Shown here: piece by piece, positions 1 to 8,237 of the stretch
Position numbering within the stretch: position 1 is the stretch's first letter
How the letters are laid out: every line of letters starts with the position of its first letter
From: a virus
Lineage: Duplodnaviria > Caudoviricetes
Virus record (IMG/VR): IMGVR_UViG_3300014656_006074
Location: 1 to 45,275 of that record
Length of the DNA stretch: 45,275 nucleotides
Direction: 5' to 3' (one strand)
Program-made: the position numbers and the translations under genes
Notes under the pieces: model-generated
What the model saw: only the letters and a program-made list of their open reading frames with translations
Told to the model about the DNA's origin: nothing
Database searches by the model: none

Positions 1-1224
1 ACTATCCAGTGTAATTTCATTTAATTCATCGCGAGCGTTATCCAGTTTAAAACTTACATAATGTTTGTCAGTAACTTTAATGTTTGCATGATCTGCCAAT
101 TTGTAAACTGTGTATATATCCATCTTTAAAACATTGATCAAAAACGAAATAAAAGTCGGACGAAGTTGTTTTAAAGTATATTCATCTGAAATATATTTAC
201 CCAGCTTCAGGAAATGAACTTTCCTTTTCCAAAATGAAAGCGGCCATGTATAATTTGCCGGGACGACGCTATACATATCAAACAACCTGCCTGTATCTCC
301 CTGTTTAACTCCCATACTTTTTATTAAATCTTCCAGTGCCCAATAAAGCGGAAATTTATAATATTCTTTTTTCTTTCTCTTCCCGGATTTGACATTTCGG
401 ATAGTTATCACTTTTGACTTAAAATTAATATCTTCTTTTCGTTGAACTATTGCACTTGAAGGACGACACCCGGTTAACAACATAAAAGCAATTATCCAAA
501 AGTGATGAGGATATTCATCGTCATCATCGAATTGGTTTAAAATTGTATAAACTTCTCCTATTGGTATCGGTTCAGGATCTTTATCTTCTGCTTCAACGGG
601 TTCAATAATATTTACTGCGGCATGATTCTGTTCAACAAAATATTTCCACAAAGTTCTTAGAGAACGGGTGTAAATGGATCTAGTATTAATTGACATCGAT
701 TTATAAATCGTTTCATCCTTACCTTCTTTATTTTTAATCTTCTTCCCACCAATTTTTCTATTTTCAAAATAATTGAGAAGATCAACATAATCTCTTTGCG
801 CCGTATACTTGTATATTTTTTTATCTCCGCATGAAGCTATCATATGATCAACGGCAATATTATAATTCTCAAACGTCTTGAGTTTCAATTCTCTTTTACT
901 TCCTGGGACCGACCGAGCCTGCTTAAATTCTTGATAACCTTCAGATAACTTCAAATCTTTTCTAAGCTTTACTCCGGAACGAGCCTGAATATCTCTCTCG
1001 GCTAAACCTACTTTAAATGACTTTAGTAATTTTCGCAGTTCAGGAGTTCCCTGAAGTTCGAGCTTTTCACCAGTTTTCCTGCCTGCTAATTTTTGTTTAT
1101 CAGATGGAGTGACTTTTATTTTAGTATTAACAGACTTTCTTTTCCTGGTAGGATTATGCTCTAGCTTATCATAATACCTCAACCAATAGTAAGGACTGTT
1201 GTTTTGAATGTATACGCCCTTCAT
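1..1224 (-). CDS. int: Phage tyrosine integrase, 3'-truncated by the window edge (not in the ORF track)
   Basis: Manual translation from ATG at 1224 is open to base 1 (MKGVYIQNNSPYYWLRYY...). Catalytic motifs LLTGCRPSS, LKQLRPTF, LADH and DKHY. ATGA overlap with the upstream ORF. Confidence 0.9.
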   Translation of the reverse strand, partial: MKGVYIQNNSPYYWLRYYDKLEHNPTRKRKSVNTKIKVTPSDKQKLAGRKTGEKLELQGTPELRKLLKSFKVGLAERDIQARSGVKLRKDLKLSEGYQEFKQARSVPGSKRELKLKTFENYNIAVDHMIASCGDKKIYKYTAQRDYVDLLNYFENRKIGGKKIKNKEGKDETIYKSMSINTRSIYTRSLRTLWKYFVEQNHAAVNIIEPVEAEDKDPEPIPIGEVYTILNQFDDDDEYPHHFWIIAFMLLTGCRPSSAIVQRKEDINFKSKVITIRNVKSGKRKKKEYYKFPLYWALEDLIKSMGVKQGDTGRLFDMYSVVPANYTWPLSFWKRKVHFLKLGKYISDEYTLKQLRPTFISFLINVLKMDIYTVYKLADHANIKVTDKHYVSFKLDNARDELNEITLDS

Positions 1225-1418
1225 TTCACTATTCTTAAATTACTTTGAGATAATTCAGCTGCTATTTGCGATTTTAATGTTGTTCGCATTTCTTGAAGTT
1301 GTTCTGAAGTTATGGTTTCTTCCCCCACCTCAACTTTTTCTCCTAAGACGCGTGCAAATTTAATGAGCTCGTCAATCTTATTTAATTTTTCGTAGAGAAT
1401 CTCTAATTTACTATTCAT
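1221..1418 (-). CDS. Small hypothetical protein (65 aa), coupled to the integrase
   Basis: Overlaps both neighbours in an operon-like chain. Confidence 0.65.
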   Translation of the reverse strand: MNSKLEILYEKLNKIDELIKFARVLGEKVEVGEETITSEQLQEMRTTLKSQIAAELSQSNLRIVK

Positions 1419-2238
1419 TGAATTTTCCGGTAATTAATAGTTGCGAAATATTGCCTTTCTGCTCAGAAGTATTTCTTATCTCACTGGTTTTATTTGGTCT
1501 ATTGGCTTTTGAATTTAGTTTGTTGACTTTTTTTATAGACTCTTTCAGTTGATCGTTTTCGAGAACTTCTCTTTTGATAATTTCATTGGTTAACACCTCA
1601 CTAATTTCATTATTGTCGATATTAATTCCAGGGGACATTTTCCGTAAAGTCCTTTTTAGAATATTGAGAAAGTCCTCAGACAATATTGTAGCAGTAATTG
1701 TATATCTACTCAACGCTTGTCTTTGATCGTGATAAAGATTAAGAGATGATTTAACCGTTCCCTCTTTAGTTAGAGGAAATAACAATTCAATATCTTTCGA
1801 TAATTTCGTACTCAACTCAAGAAAATTAAATGAATAAACCAATTCTTGATCAATTGGTTTTGTAAAGTTTACCTTATAAACCTCCCACTTAACAGCATTA
1901 GTTAAAATCACCCAATCAATACCCTGATTCGCAGCATAATCAACTGCTTGTTTCGTATGTATTGGTTTTAATTCAATACCTACAGACTTTACCTCAATTA
2001 ATAAATTTACTTTCCCGTTCACCATTGTTGCTAAATCGCAATATGTACTACGAATTTGGTATTCACCTGTAATTTCAGAATATTTATTATATCCAAAAAG
2101 ATCCGAAAGAATATCAATAACAATGGTAACAGTGTCTTTTTCATTTATGTCGCGTGCAATAGCTGATTGAATAATTGACTGGTAATTTTTTATACCTGAT
2201 GAAATTCTTTGAGATACTGATTTGGAAATTTTATACAT
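1411..2238 (-). CDS. HsdR N-terminal-like PD-(D/E)XK nuclease domain protein
   Basis: INEKDTV...CDLA...LLIEVKS...QAVDYA...WVILTNAVKW motif series; RBS GGAGGG upstream. Confidence 0.8.
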   Translation of the reverse strand: MYKISKSVSQRISSGIKNYQSIIQSAIARDINEKDTVTIVIDILSDLFGYNKYSEITGEYQIRSTYCDLATMVNGKVNLLIEVKSVGIELKPIHTKQAVDYAANQGIDWVILTNAVKWEVYKVNFTKPIDQELVYSFNFLELSTKLSKDIELLFPLTKEGTVKSSLNLYHDQRQALSRYTITATILSEDFLNILKRTLRKMSPGINIDNNEISEVLTNEIIKREVLENDQLKESIKKVNKLNSKANRPNKTSEIRNTSEQKGNISQLLITGKFNE

Positions 2239-2271
2239 GCTACCCTCCGATTTGATGAAAAATATCCACGA

Positions 2272-2523
2272 TCAATTAATAATTATTTTAACAATCAGAT
2301 AGATATTCTGGTAACGCTTATTTAAACCTTTCCAGTATTTTTCTATCCATTGACGCTCATTTGAAGATACAAGTACATATTGCCCATGCAAAGGTTTGTC
2401 TTCTTTTTTAAAGCTGACTATAATAGTATCACCCGGCTTTATAATCGGACAAACTTTTTGAGACATATACTTTGTTACTTCCAGAGCGCAGTATTTATTT
2501 TGTTCCGGATTTTCGTTCCCCAT
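2272..2523 (-). CDS. Stand-alone degenerate S24 peptidase-like domain protein
   Basis: CALEV...PIIKPGDTIIV...PLHGQYVLV...IEKY aligns by eye with the repressor C-terminus CFALSV...LRDGDLILV...PIDGDLVAV...IKRY. Confidence 0.55.
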   Translation of the reverse strand: MGNENPEQNKYCALEVTKYMSQKVCPIIKPGDTIIVSFKKEDKPLHGQYVLVSSNERQWIEKYWKGLNKRYQNIYLIVKIIIN

Positions 2524-3160
2524 TTCGCAGATTAAATACTATCTGAACAACCGGGTAGATCGCTTCAATATCTTTTTTATCGACCAAGCGCACCCCATAT
2601 TCTGAGTTGTCCGAAGATAATTGAACAAATGCGTAGTTCAGATTTTTATAGCGCTTTATGTATTGATTTCCATTTTTAAGTTTTACAGCTACTAGATCAC
2701 CGTCAATTGGTAATAAATCCATATCAACTAAAATCAGATCTCCGTCGCGAAGAGTTGTTTCCATGCTTTTGCCATTTACACTTAGTGCAAAGCATTTATC
2801 ACTATTCTTTTTATAAGCAAATGGTATCGATTCATCAAAATGTTCGTGATCCAAAAGTTCTGGATCGCCGGCGTATACCGTTGCAAGCAGCGGATAATTG
2901 TAAACCGGTATTGCACCGTCAAAAATTTGTTTCGGCTCATTATTAAGCTTTTTGTATGTGATGTTTTCGGGATCTGAATCGTCGATCCTAATATTTAATG
3001 CATCCTCAATCCTTTTTATAGTAGAGGGATAAGGCTTCTCTGTAATTCCTCGCACTATGCGATTTATAGTCGGTTGATGAATGCCTGTTTCAGTAGCCAA
3101 TTCATTACCGCTAAGCCTAAAATCTCTTAATAGCGTATTAAAAAAAATTTTCCAACTCAT
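2495..3160 (-). CDS. cI: CI/LexA-type repressor (XRE HTH + S24 autoprotease)
   Basis: HTH LSGNELATETGIHQPTINRIVRG; Ala-Gly cleavage site VYAGDP; catalytic Ser (GKSM) and Lys (IKRY). Confidence 0.92.
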   Translation of the reverse strand: MSWKIFFNTLLRDFRLSGNELATETGIHQPTINRIVRGITEKPYPSTIKRIEDALNIRIDDSDPENITYKKLNNEPKQIFDGAIPVYNYPLLATVYAGDPELLDHEHFDESIPFAYKKNSDKCFALSVNGKSMETTLRDGDLILVDMDLLPIDGDLVAVKLKNGNQYIKRYKNLNYAFVQLSSDNSEYGVRLVDKKDIEAIYPVVQIVFNLRNGERKSGTK

Positions 3161-3168
3161 AATTATAA

Positions 3169-3297
3169 AACTTAGTGCAAGTTTATCTTATTGTAAAATA
3201 ATAAGTTAGTACTATTTTATAAAATTATGTCGAATTCTACTTGACAAATGCACGAACTTTTATATATTAGCACTAAGAATTTCATTAAGTTCGCAAA
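3169..3297. promoter_or_regulatory. Immunity region: rightward sigma70-type promoter and repeated operator-like 11-mers
   Basis: TTGACA at 3241-3246, 16 bp spacer, TATATT at 3263-3268. Degenerate AA(G/C)TT(A/C)GTGC(A/T) copies at 3169+, 3203+, 3249-, 3269-, 3287+. Confidence 0.7.
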
Positions 3298-3314
3298 CTA
3301 ACCAGGAGAAAGCA

Positions 3315-3683
3315 ATGTGCTCTGTATTTGTTGATAGAGAAGGTCACTGGAAGAAATATCCCTACCACCCATGGATAACAGGCGCTGAATCTGAACTCAC
3401 GGGAGATTTAACCGAGCGTACTAATGTTGCACTCCAAAATCTGAAATCAATTGTGCATAAGCTCCGTGGCAAGCACATCAAATATTCCGAAATCGATTCA
3501 CGTCCGAAATTAACAAAGGACATATTTACTGATCGGGATCGCCTTGGTCAGATATTTTCCCATATTTCGCAATCTTCCCAGCAGAGAGCTCGTAATAAGC
3601 AAGTCCGATACGGTGTTTTATTTCTTGTCGGATCTCTTCTTGGCTTTTATCTGTCAACTTTTCAAAGTGTGAGGCAAAAGTGA
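3315..3683 (+). CDS. Hypothetical protein with C-terminal transmembrane segment
   Basis: RBS AGGAGA at 3304-3309; hydrophobic YGVLFLVGSLLGFYL; first gene after the promoter. Confidence 0.6.
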   Translation: MCSVFVDREGHWKKYPYHPWITGAESELTGDLTERTNVALQNLKSIVHKLRGKHIKYSEIDSRPKLTKDIFTDRDRLGQIFSHISQSSQQRARNKQVRYGVLFLVGSLLGFYLSTFQSVRQK

Positions 3684-3819
3684 ACTCCATTGCCGACATC
3701 CAAGATTCAAGCAGAAGAGATACTTTGTATAATTCTTTTATCAACTCTTTATTGGATTCAAATGGGAGTTCAACAAAATCCCATAATTTTTCAACTTCTT
3801 CAAAATCTTTAAGATCCAT
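3526..3819 (-). CDS. Hypothetical acidic helical protein (97 aa, start moved to MDLKDF)
   Basis: RBS GAGGGAGG just upstream of ATG 3819; protein-like composition. Overlaps the previous ORF convergently. Confidence 0.55.
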   Translation of the reverse strand: MDLKDFEEVEKLWDFVELPFESNKELIKELYKVSLLLESWMSAMEFTFASHFEKLTDKSQEEIRQEIKHRIGLAYYELSAGKIAKYGKISDQGDPDQ

Positions 3820-3918
3820 AATGCCTCCCTCGGTTTGTGAAATTGAACGTCCAGAACAAAAGTAGCAAACCATTGGGAGACTTAAAATAATTTTTTTCAA
3901 AGAACAAATGGTGATACA

Positions 3919-4131
3919 ATGATCAAGATTAAAGAATACAAAGTTGGTAAACGTGGACTAAGAGGTGCCGTCCTTTCTTTACCCAAAATTTTCGTTGATG
4001 ATAACGATCTCGGACCCGGTGATGTTCTGGAAATATTCAGGGATAACGAACTAGCAGGAAAAGACGCTCTCATCATAATTCCAAAGAACACAATTAAAAA
4101 TGTTGAGAGCAACTTAAGTACTGTCGGATAG
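3919..4131 (+). CDS. AbrB/MazE/SpoVT-family DNA-binding protein
   Basis: KVGKRG...LSLPKIFVDDNDLGPGDVLEIF...LIIIP swapped-hairpin pattern. Confidence 0.75.
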   Translation: MIKIKEYKVGKRGLRGAVLSLPKIFVDDNDLGPGDVLEIFRDNELAGKDALIIIPKNTIKNVESNLSTVG

Positions 4132-4197
4132 AAAAGCTAAGTCAAGTTTACCTAAAATTTATAACACATTCACAAAGGCGGTTAGAGAGGGAAGCTG

Positions 4198-4614
4198 ATG
4201 TCGTATATAACACCACAGGAAGAAATAAGAAATATAATGCTGAAGCATGGAATCAGTTATCAATGGATTGCAGGGAAATTAAGCACCTATTATCAAAAGG
4301 TTCAATACTCAATTGAAACGCAAAAAGAGATGCCGCTTTCATTATACACCGAGATAATTCAAATATTTGAAAAACATGGGTATGTGGAAAATAGTATTTC
4401 AAAATGCGAAACACTAATAGAACTGAATTTCGCCAGCAATTCAAAAATCGGTGGTGAATTAAAGAAATTAAACGATCAGGTAATAGAAGATATAAAAGAC
4501 AGAAAATTCACTCCGGACGAAAGAATCAAAATGCGTTACCGCCTCGAGGATATTAAAAAAGAATTCAATCAAACGTTCGACAACCTGATAAGACTTACTT
4601 ACGGAGATGAGTAA
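4198..4614 (+). CDS. HTH regulatory protein, CII-like
   Basis: N-terminal HTH (HGISYQWIAGKLS) and C-terminal DRKFTPDER helical hairpin; early-region position. Confidence 0.55.
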   Translation: MSYITPQEEIRNIMLKHGISYQWIAGKLSTYYQKVQYSIETQKEMPLSLYTEIIQIFEKHGYVENSISKCETLIELNFASNSKIGGELKKLNDQVIEDIKDRKFTPDERIKMRYRLEDIKKEFNQTFDNLIRLTYGDE

Positions 4615-4974
4615 ATGAACGGAACTACTTCCATAGTAACTCAGAAAATGATTTGGGATGAACTCTGCGAGCAACGGAAAATACTCAAAAAAATTTTAGA
4701 ACGGGATCTTGAACATAGCATTGAAGAGTTGAGTCTCCATAAAACCCAGAAATTATTAAAAATTAGTCCGGTCACAATTATAAATGAAGTTAAGAATGGA
4801 AACCTGAAAGCTCGCACATACCGAGACAAAAACAGAAAAATTAGATACCGGTTCAGAATTGCCGATGTGAGAGAATTTCAGAAATCTAAAGAATACGATC
4901 ATGTCAGTTTGCACGCTGAAGGATATGAATCAGCGGAAGCTATAGCTAAACGGATTTTCGGCAATAGAGATTAA
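4615..4974 (+). CDS. Excisionase-like HTH protein
   Basis: LSLHKTQKLLKISPVTIINEVKNGNLKA...YRFRIADVREF winged-HTH pattern. Confidence 0.7.
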   Translation: MNGTTSIVTQKMIWDELCEQRKILKKILERDLEHSIEELSLHKTQKLLKISPVTIINEVKNGNLKARTYRDKNRKIRYRFRIADVREFQKSKEYDHVSLHAEGYESAEAIAKRIFGNRD

Positions 4975-4993
4975 AAAAACAAATGGAGTTTTT

Positions 4994-5197
4994 ATGATTT
5001 CGCAAGACAGATATTTCTCAACAATAACACTTCCCAATTGGTACTGGGAGCTGGTTACAAAGATTGTTGATCAAACAAAGCAACAAAAAATAGAAAATAT
5101 TCTGCTTAAATCTAATAAAAGTACCGCATTGGAAGATTTCAAATTATTGCACTTAACCATGAATCAAAAGTTTGGTGACAAAAATGGAAATGACTAA
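4994..5197 (+). CDS. Hypothetical protein
   Basis: RBS GGAG; same strand as the early operon. Confidence 0.6.
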   Translation: MISQDRYFSTITLPNWYWELVTKIVDQTKQQKIENILLKSNKSTALEDFKLLHLTMNQKFGDKNGND

Positions 5198-5306
5198 TGA
5201 AAGATATATAGCCGCAGTTTTGTTTGCGATTTTGGTTCTCATATTTCCCTTTGTGAAGCCAATAATTAAAGAGTTTTTCGGGAAAAGAAAAAATGATGAA
5301 TATTAA
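5184..5306 (+). CDS. Small single-TM protein (40 aa, below the ORF-track cutoff)
   Basis: MEMTNERYIAAVLFAILVLIFPFVKPIIKEFFGKRKNDEY; overlaps the previous stop. Confidence 0.55.
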   Translation: MEMTNERYIAAVLFAILVLIFPFVKPIIKEFFGKRKNDEY

Positions 5307-5526
5307 AATACCCGGCTGGGACCGGGTATAAAATAAACTAGTAAAAATAAAATCAAAGGATATCCATGATTCTGCTGAAAAATAATAATCTCAAAACTAA
5401 AAAGCCAATTATCAAGGAGCTTTTAAGTGAAAGAAAAAAGCTGAAGACTAAAAATTAAAACGAAGTGCCCGACGGGGGGCGGGCACCTCAAAATAGAAGG
5501 GTTCAAAACAATAAGGGGAAAACATC

Positions 5527-5697
5527 ATGATAAAAGAATGTAAGGAACAGCAATTAAAAACGCAAACCAAAAAGAAATTACCTATTACACTCGACCGGCC
5601 GGTCAAGGTGATAGTAAAACAGGAGCGAGCCACTTCCCGACTGTATCCAATATTTCAGGGAATGGTAAACTCTTTTTATCCAAGAGGAGGCAAATAA
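5527..5697 (+). CDS. Small hypothetical protein (56 aa)
   Basis: RBS AAGGGG; MIKECKEQQLKTQTKKKLPITLDRPVKVIV...; stop lies 1 nt before the next ATG. Confidence 0.55.
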   Translation: MIKECKEQQLKTQTKKKLPITLDRPVKVIVKQERATSRLYPIFQGMVNSFYPRGGK

Positions 5698-5698
5698 T

Positions 5699-6769
5699 AT
5701 GACTAACAAAGCATTAATAAAATTTGCAGAGGAAAGAATTGACAGTAACGAAACTCTACAAACATTTATAGAACGTTCGAAAGATTTAATTATTCCTTTG
5801 CTTCCCGAGACAATTCAATTCGCAGATACTGGATTAAAATATGGCATTGCTTTAGTCTCAGTTGATACTCAGTTGGATAAATATGGAAACAACCGGGACA
5901 TTTACCGGAACGAAAGTGGAGGCTATTGTTTGCATCTTACAAAACTAAATGAAATAGCTCAACAGTCTGGCATTCAAATTACAGATTCAAGAATTCTTGA
6001 ACGTAGAGTTGATGAATCCGGTAAAATAGTCTTTATAAATCATCAAGTACGCGGCAGAATGAGGAGTATTGATGGTTCTATAAAAGAAGCCGTTACAACA
6101 GGAAAATATGATTATTACCGTGATCTGGAGAAATATAATAAAGAGGGACAGATAAAAAGTCGCAGATCACATGCGGAGGCTCTTGCAGAGAGCAATGCCA
6201 TGACAAGGTTATATAATAAACTGATTGCAAAAATACCTTCCTCCTTCTCATTAGAAGAATTTAGAAAATCCTTTGCAGTACCATATGTTCTTGAAGATAA
6301 AGACGAATTGTTAAAACAATTACCTCCTGAGGAACAAGCCAAAATCAGAGCTGATCTCGTTAAAAAAAGACTTGGTTTAATGGATACAATGTATCCATCC
6401 GGTAATATGTTACCGGGAAATAACAATTCACAAAATTCTTCAGCAGATGCAGACTATACTGAAATCCCAAATACACTAAGTAATGGAAATGGTGCAACTC
6501 CACCGGACACTCCTCCAACAACAACTTTAAGTCCGGGAATGAGTGAGGAGGAACAGAACCACATATTAGCTGAAGAATACCGGGATGTAATTCAAAAAGA
6601 AAGGACGGATAAAATACTAACGCTTATTGAATTAAAAGGTTATGAAGATCCAAAAGGAAATCCCATTACAGCAAAACGAATAGAGACAAATGATTTAAAC
6701 AAACAAATAAAATTCATCGAGATACTATTGAATTTACCTGAGGCAGATGAGGGAGGAGATTTAGTATGA
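5699..6769 (+). CDS. Putative recombination (single-strand annealing) protein
   Basis: Strong RBS GAGGAGG; lies upstream of SbcD/SbcC. AEALAESNAMTRL helix, low-complexity linker and acidic tail. Function inferred from context. Confidence 0.45.
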   Translation: MTNKALIKFAEERIDSNETLQTFIERSKDLIIPLLPETIQFADTGLKYGIALVSVDTQLDKYGNNRDIYRNESGGYCLHLTKLNEIAQQSGIQITDSRILERRVDESGKIVFINHQVRGRMRSIDGSIKEAVTTGKYDYYRDLEKYNKEGQIKSRRSHAEALAESNAMTRLYNKLIAKIPSSFSLEEFRKSFAVPYVLEDKDELLKQLPPEEQAKIRADLVKKRLGLMDTMYPSGNMLPGNNNSQNSSADADYTEIPNTLSNGNGATPPDTPPTTTLSPGMSEEEQNHILAEEYRDVIQKERTDKILTLIELKGYEDPKGNPITAKRIETNDLNKQIKFIEILLNLPEADEGGDLV

Positions 6770-7023
6770 AAACTATATTAGATGTTTTTCCGGATCATGA
6801 AGGGACTAGTTTCGGACAAAAAAAGCAGAATGAATTCGTTTTTAAATTCTATTCGCAACCCATCTATTGTCCGCATTGTGGTGAAGAAACGAACTACTGG
6901 GAATTGAAAAGAAAAGATGATACAAGTCCAACTTTCTGCCCTGAATGCGGAAAAGAAGTTATTCATAATCTTGGATTTTTCGGTGGCAACCAATGGTTAA
7001 CTGAATGTGTGGGGGGAAAATGA
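6766..7023 (+). CDS. Zinc-ribbon protein
   Basis: CPHC...CPEC; ATGA overlaps on both sides. Confidence 0.75.
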   Translation: MKTILDVFPDHEGTSFGQKKQNEFVFKFYSQPIYCPHCGEETNYWELKRKDDTSPTFCPECGKEVIHNLGFFGGNQWLTECVGGK

Positions 7024-8237
7024 AAACAATAAAATTTTTACATACAGCTGACTGGCATGCGGATTCCGATCCTAAAAAACAAAATAAGCTCGAAGCCTCA
7101 CTCAGTCAGATAGTTGAATACTGCAAATCTAATAAAGTGAATGCGATTATTCACGCTGGCGATATTTGGGAGAAGAAACAAAGCTATGATAATAAATCCG
7201 GTGTTAACCTTGTACATGATTATCTCCGGCATTTATCAAAGCTGGTTGATTTCATTTTTATTACGAAAGGAAATAACAGCCACGATGAACCGGGTTCGGT
7301 TTCACTACTTCACCAATTGGAGCCTAATATTTACGCTTACGAATACCCGGTTGTTCTGGGGATTAGAACGCCGGATGATATTCCGAATGATTTATTGAGA
7401 TTTGATAACAAACAGGCTATGTCCGATGTTAATTACATAGTTACTCTGGTTCCTTACCCAACAAAAGCCAGCTTCATTTCGGATCAATCAATCGATAACA
7501 ACAATTCGGATTTTCTTCAATTATTTGAGCAGGTGTTCGAGAACATCGGGGACATTACACAACCTTATACATGTCCAAAAATTTTAGCTTTTCATGGGAA
7601 CGTAGTCGGATCAAGATTAAGCACTGGACAAACACTTGTTTCTCAAGATATCATGGTCGCACCTTCCACACTTGAAAAAGCGAAACATGATTATTATGCG
7701 CTTGGGCACATTCATTTAAGACAGTTCTTCAAACCCAACATGGGTTACTCGGGATCAATTTATAATAAGAATTGGGGTGAAACAGAACAGAAATCTTTTG
7801 AAGTGATTGAGTTCGTTTATGTTCCGACAGATGAGTTTGAAATTTGCTCAGAGCAAATTATGCTCACTTCTGCTAAACCAATGATCAAAGAAGAATTGCA
7901 ATTCCTCTCAGGTGAATTCTTTTATAAAGATGGAGATGAAGTTCAATTCTATCAAGTCACAGAAGCCGAGTATCGATTGAGAATTGAAATAAAGGAAAAT
8001 GACCGGGCACTTATTACAGATGATAAAATTCAGAAACTTAAAAACGTCTTCGGGGAAGATGTAAAAATCGAGTACAACATCATTCCCGATCAGAGAGAAA
8101 GCCGCTCCGAAAAAATCATGCACTGTAAATCATTATTAGATGAAGTCTCGGAATATGCCGCGGTAATTGAATTCAACATTAACGGGACGATCAAAGAGAA
8201 AGTGCATTCTATCTCAGGCGAGGAGGTGTTCTCATGA
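7020..8237 (+). CDS. sbcD: SbcD/Mre11-like metallophosphoesterase nuclease
   Basis: HTADWH, AGDIW, GNNSHD, FHG, LGHIH motifs; start moved to MKTIKF. Confidence 0.9.
   Translation: MKTIKFLHTADWHADSDPKKQNKLEASLSQIVEYCKSNKVNAIIHAGDIWEKKQSYDNKSGVNLVHDYLRHLSKLVDFIFITKGNNSHDEPGSVSLLHQLEPNIYAYEYPVVLGIRTPDDIPNDLLRFDNKQAMSDVNYIVTLVPYPTKASFISDQSIDNNNSDFLQLFEQVFENIGDITQPYTCPKILAFHGNVVGSRLSTGQTLVSQDIMVAPSTLEKAKHDYYALGHIHLRQFFKPNMGYSGSIYNKNWGETEQKSFEVIEFVYVPTDEFEICSEQIMLTSAKPMIKEELQFLSGEFFYKDGDEVQFYQVTEAEYRLRIEIKENDRALITDDKIQKLKNVFGEDVKIEYNIIPDQRESRSEKIMHCKSLLDEVSEYAAVIEFNINGTIKEKVHSISGEEVFS

Noticed and set aside
1-1224. Left integrase as the IntI for the cassette array
   Set aside because: I see no IntI-specific insertion between the catalytic Lys and HxxR regions. 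It lies ~29 kb from the attI-like site in a normal prophage int position. An IntI HMM search would settle it.
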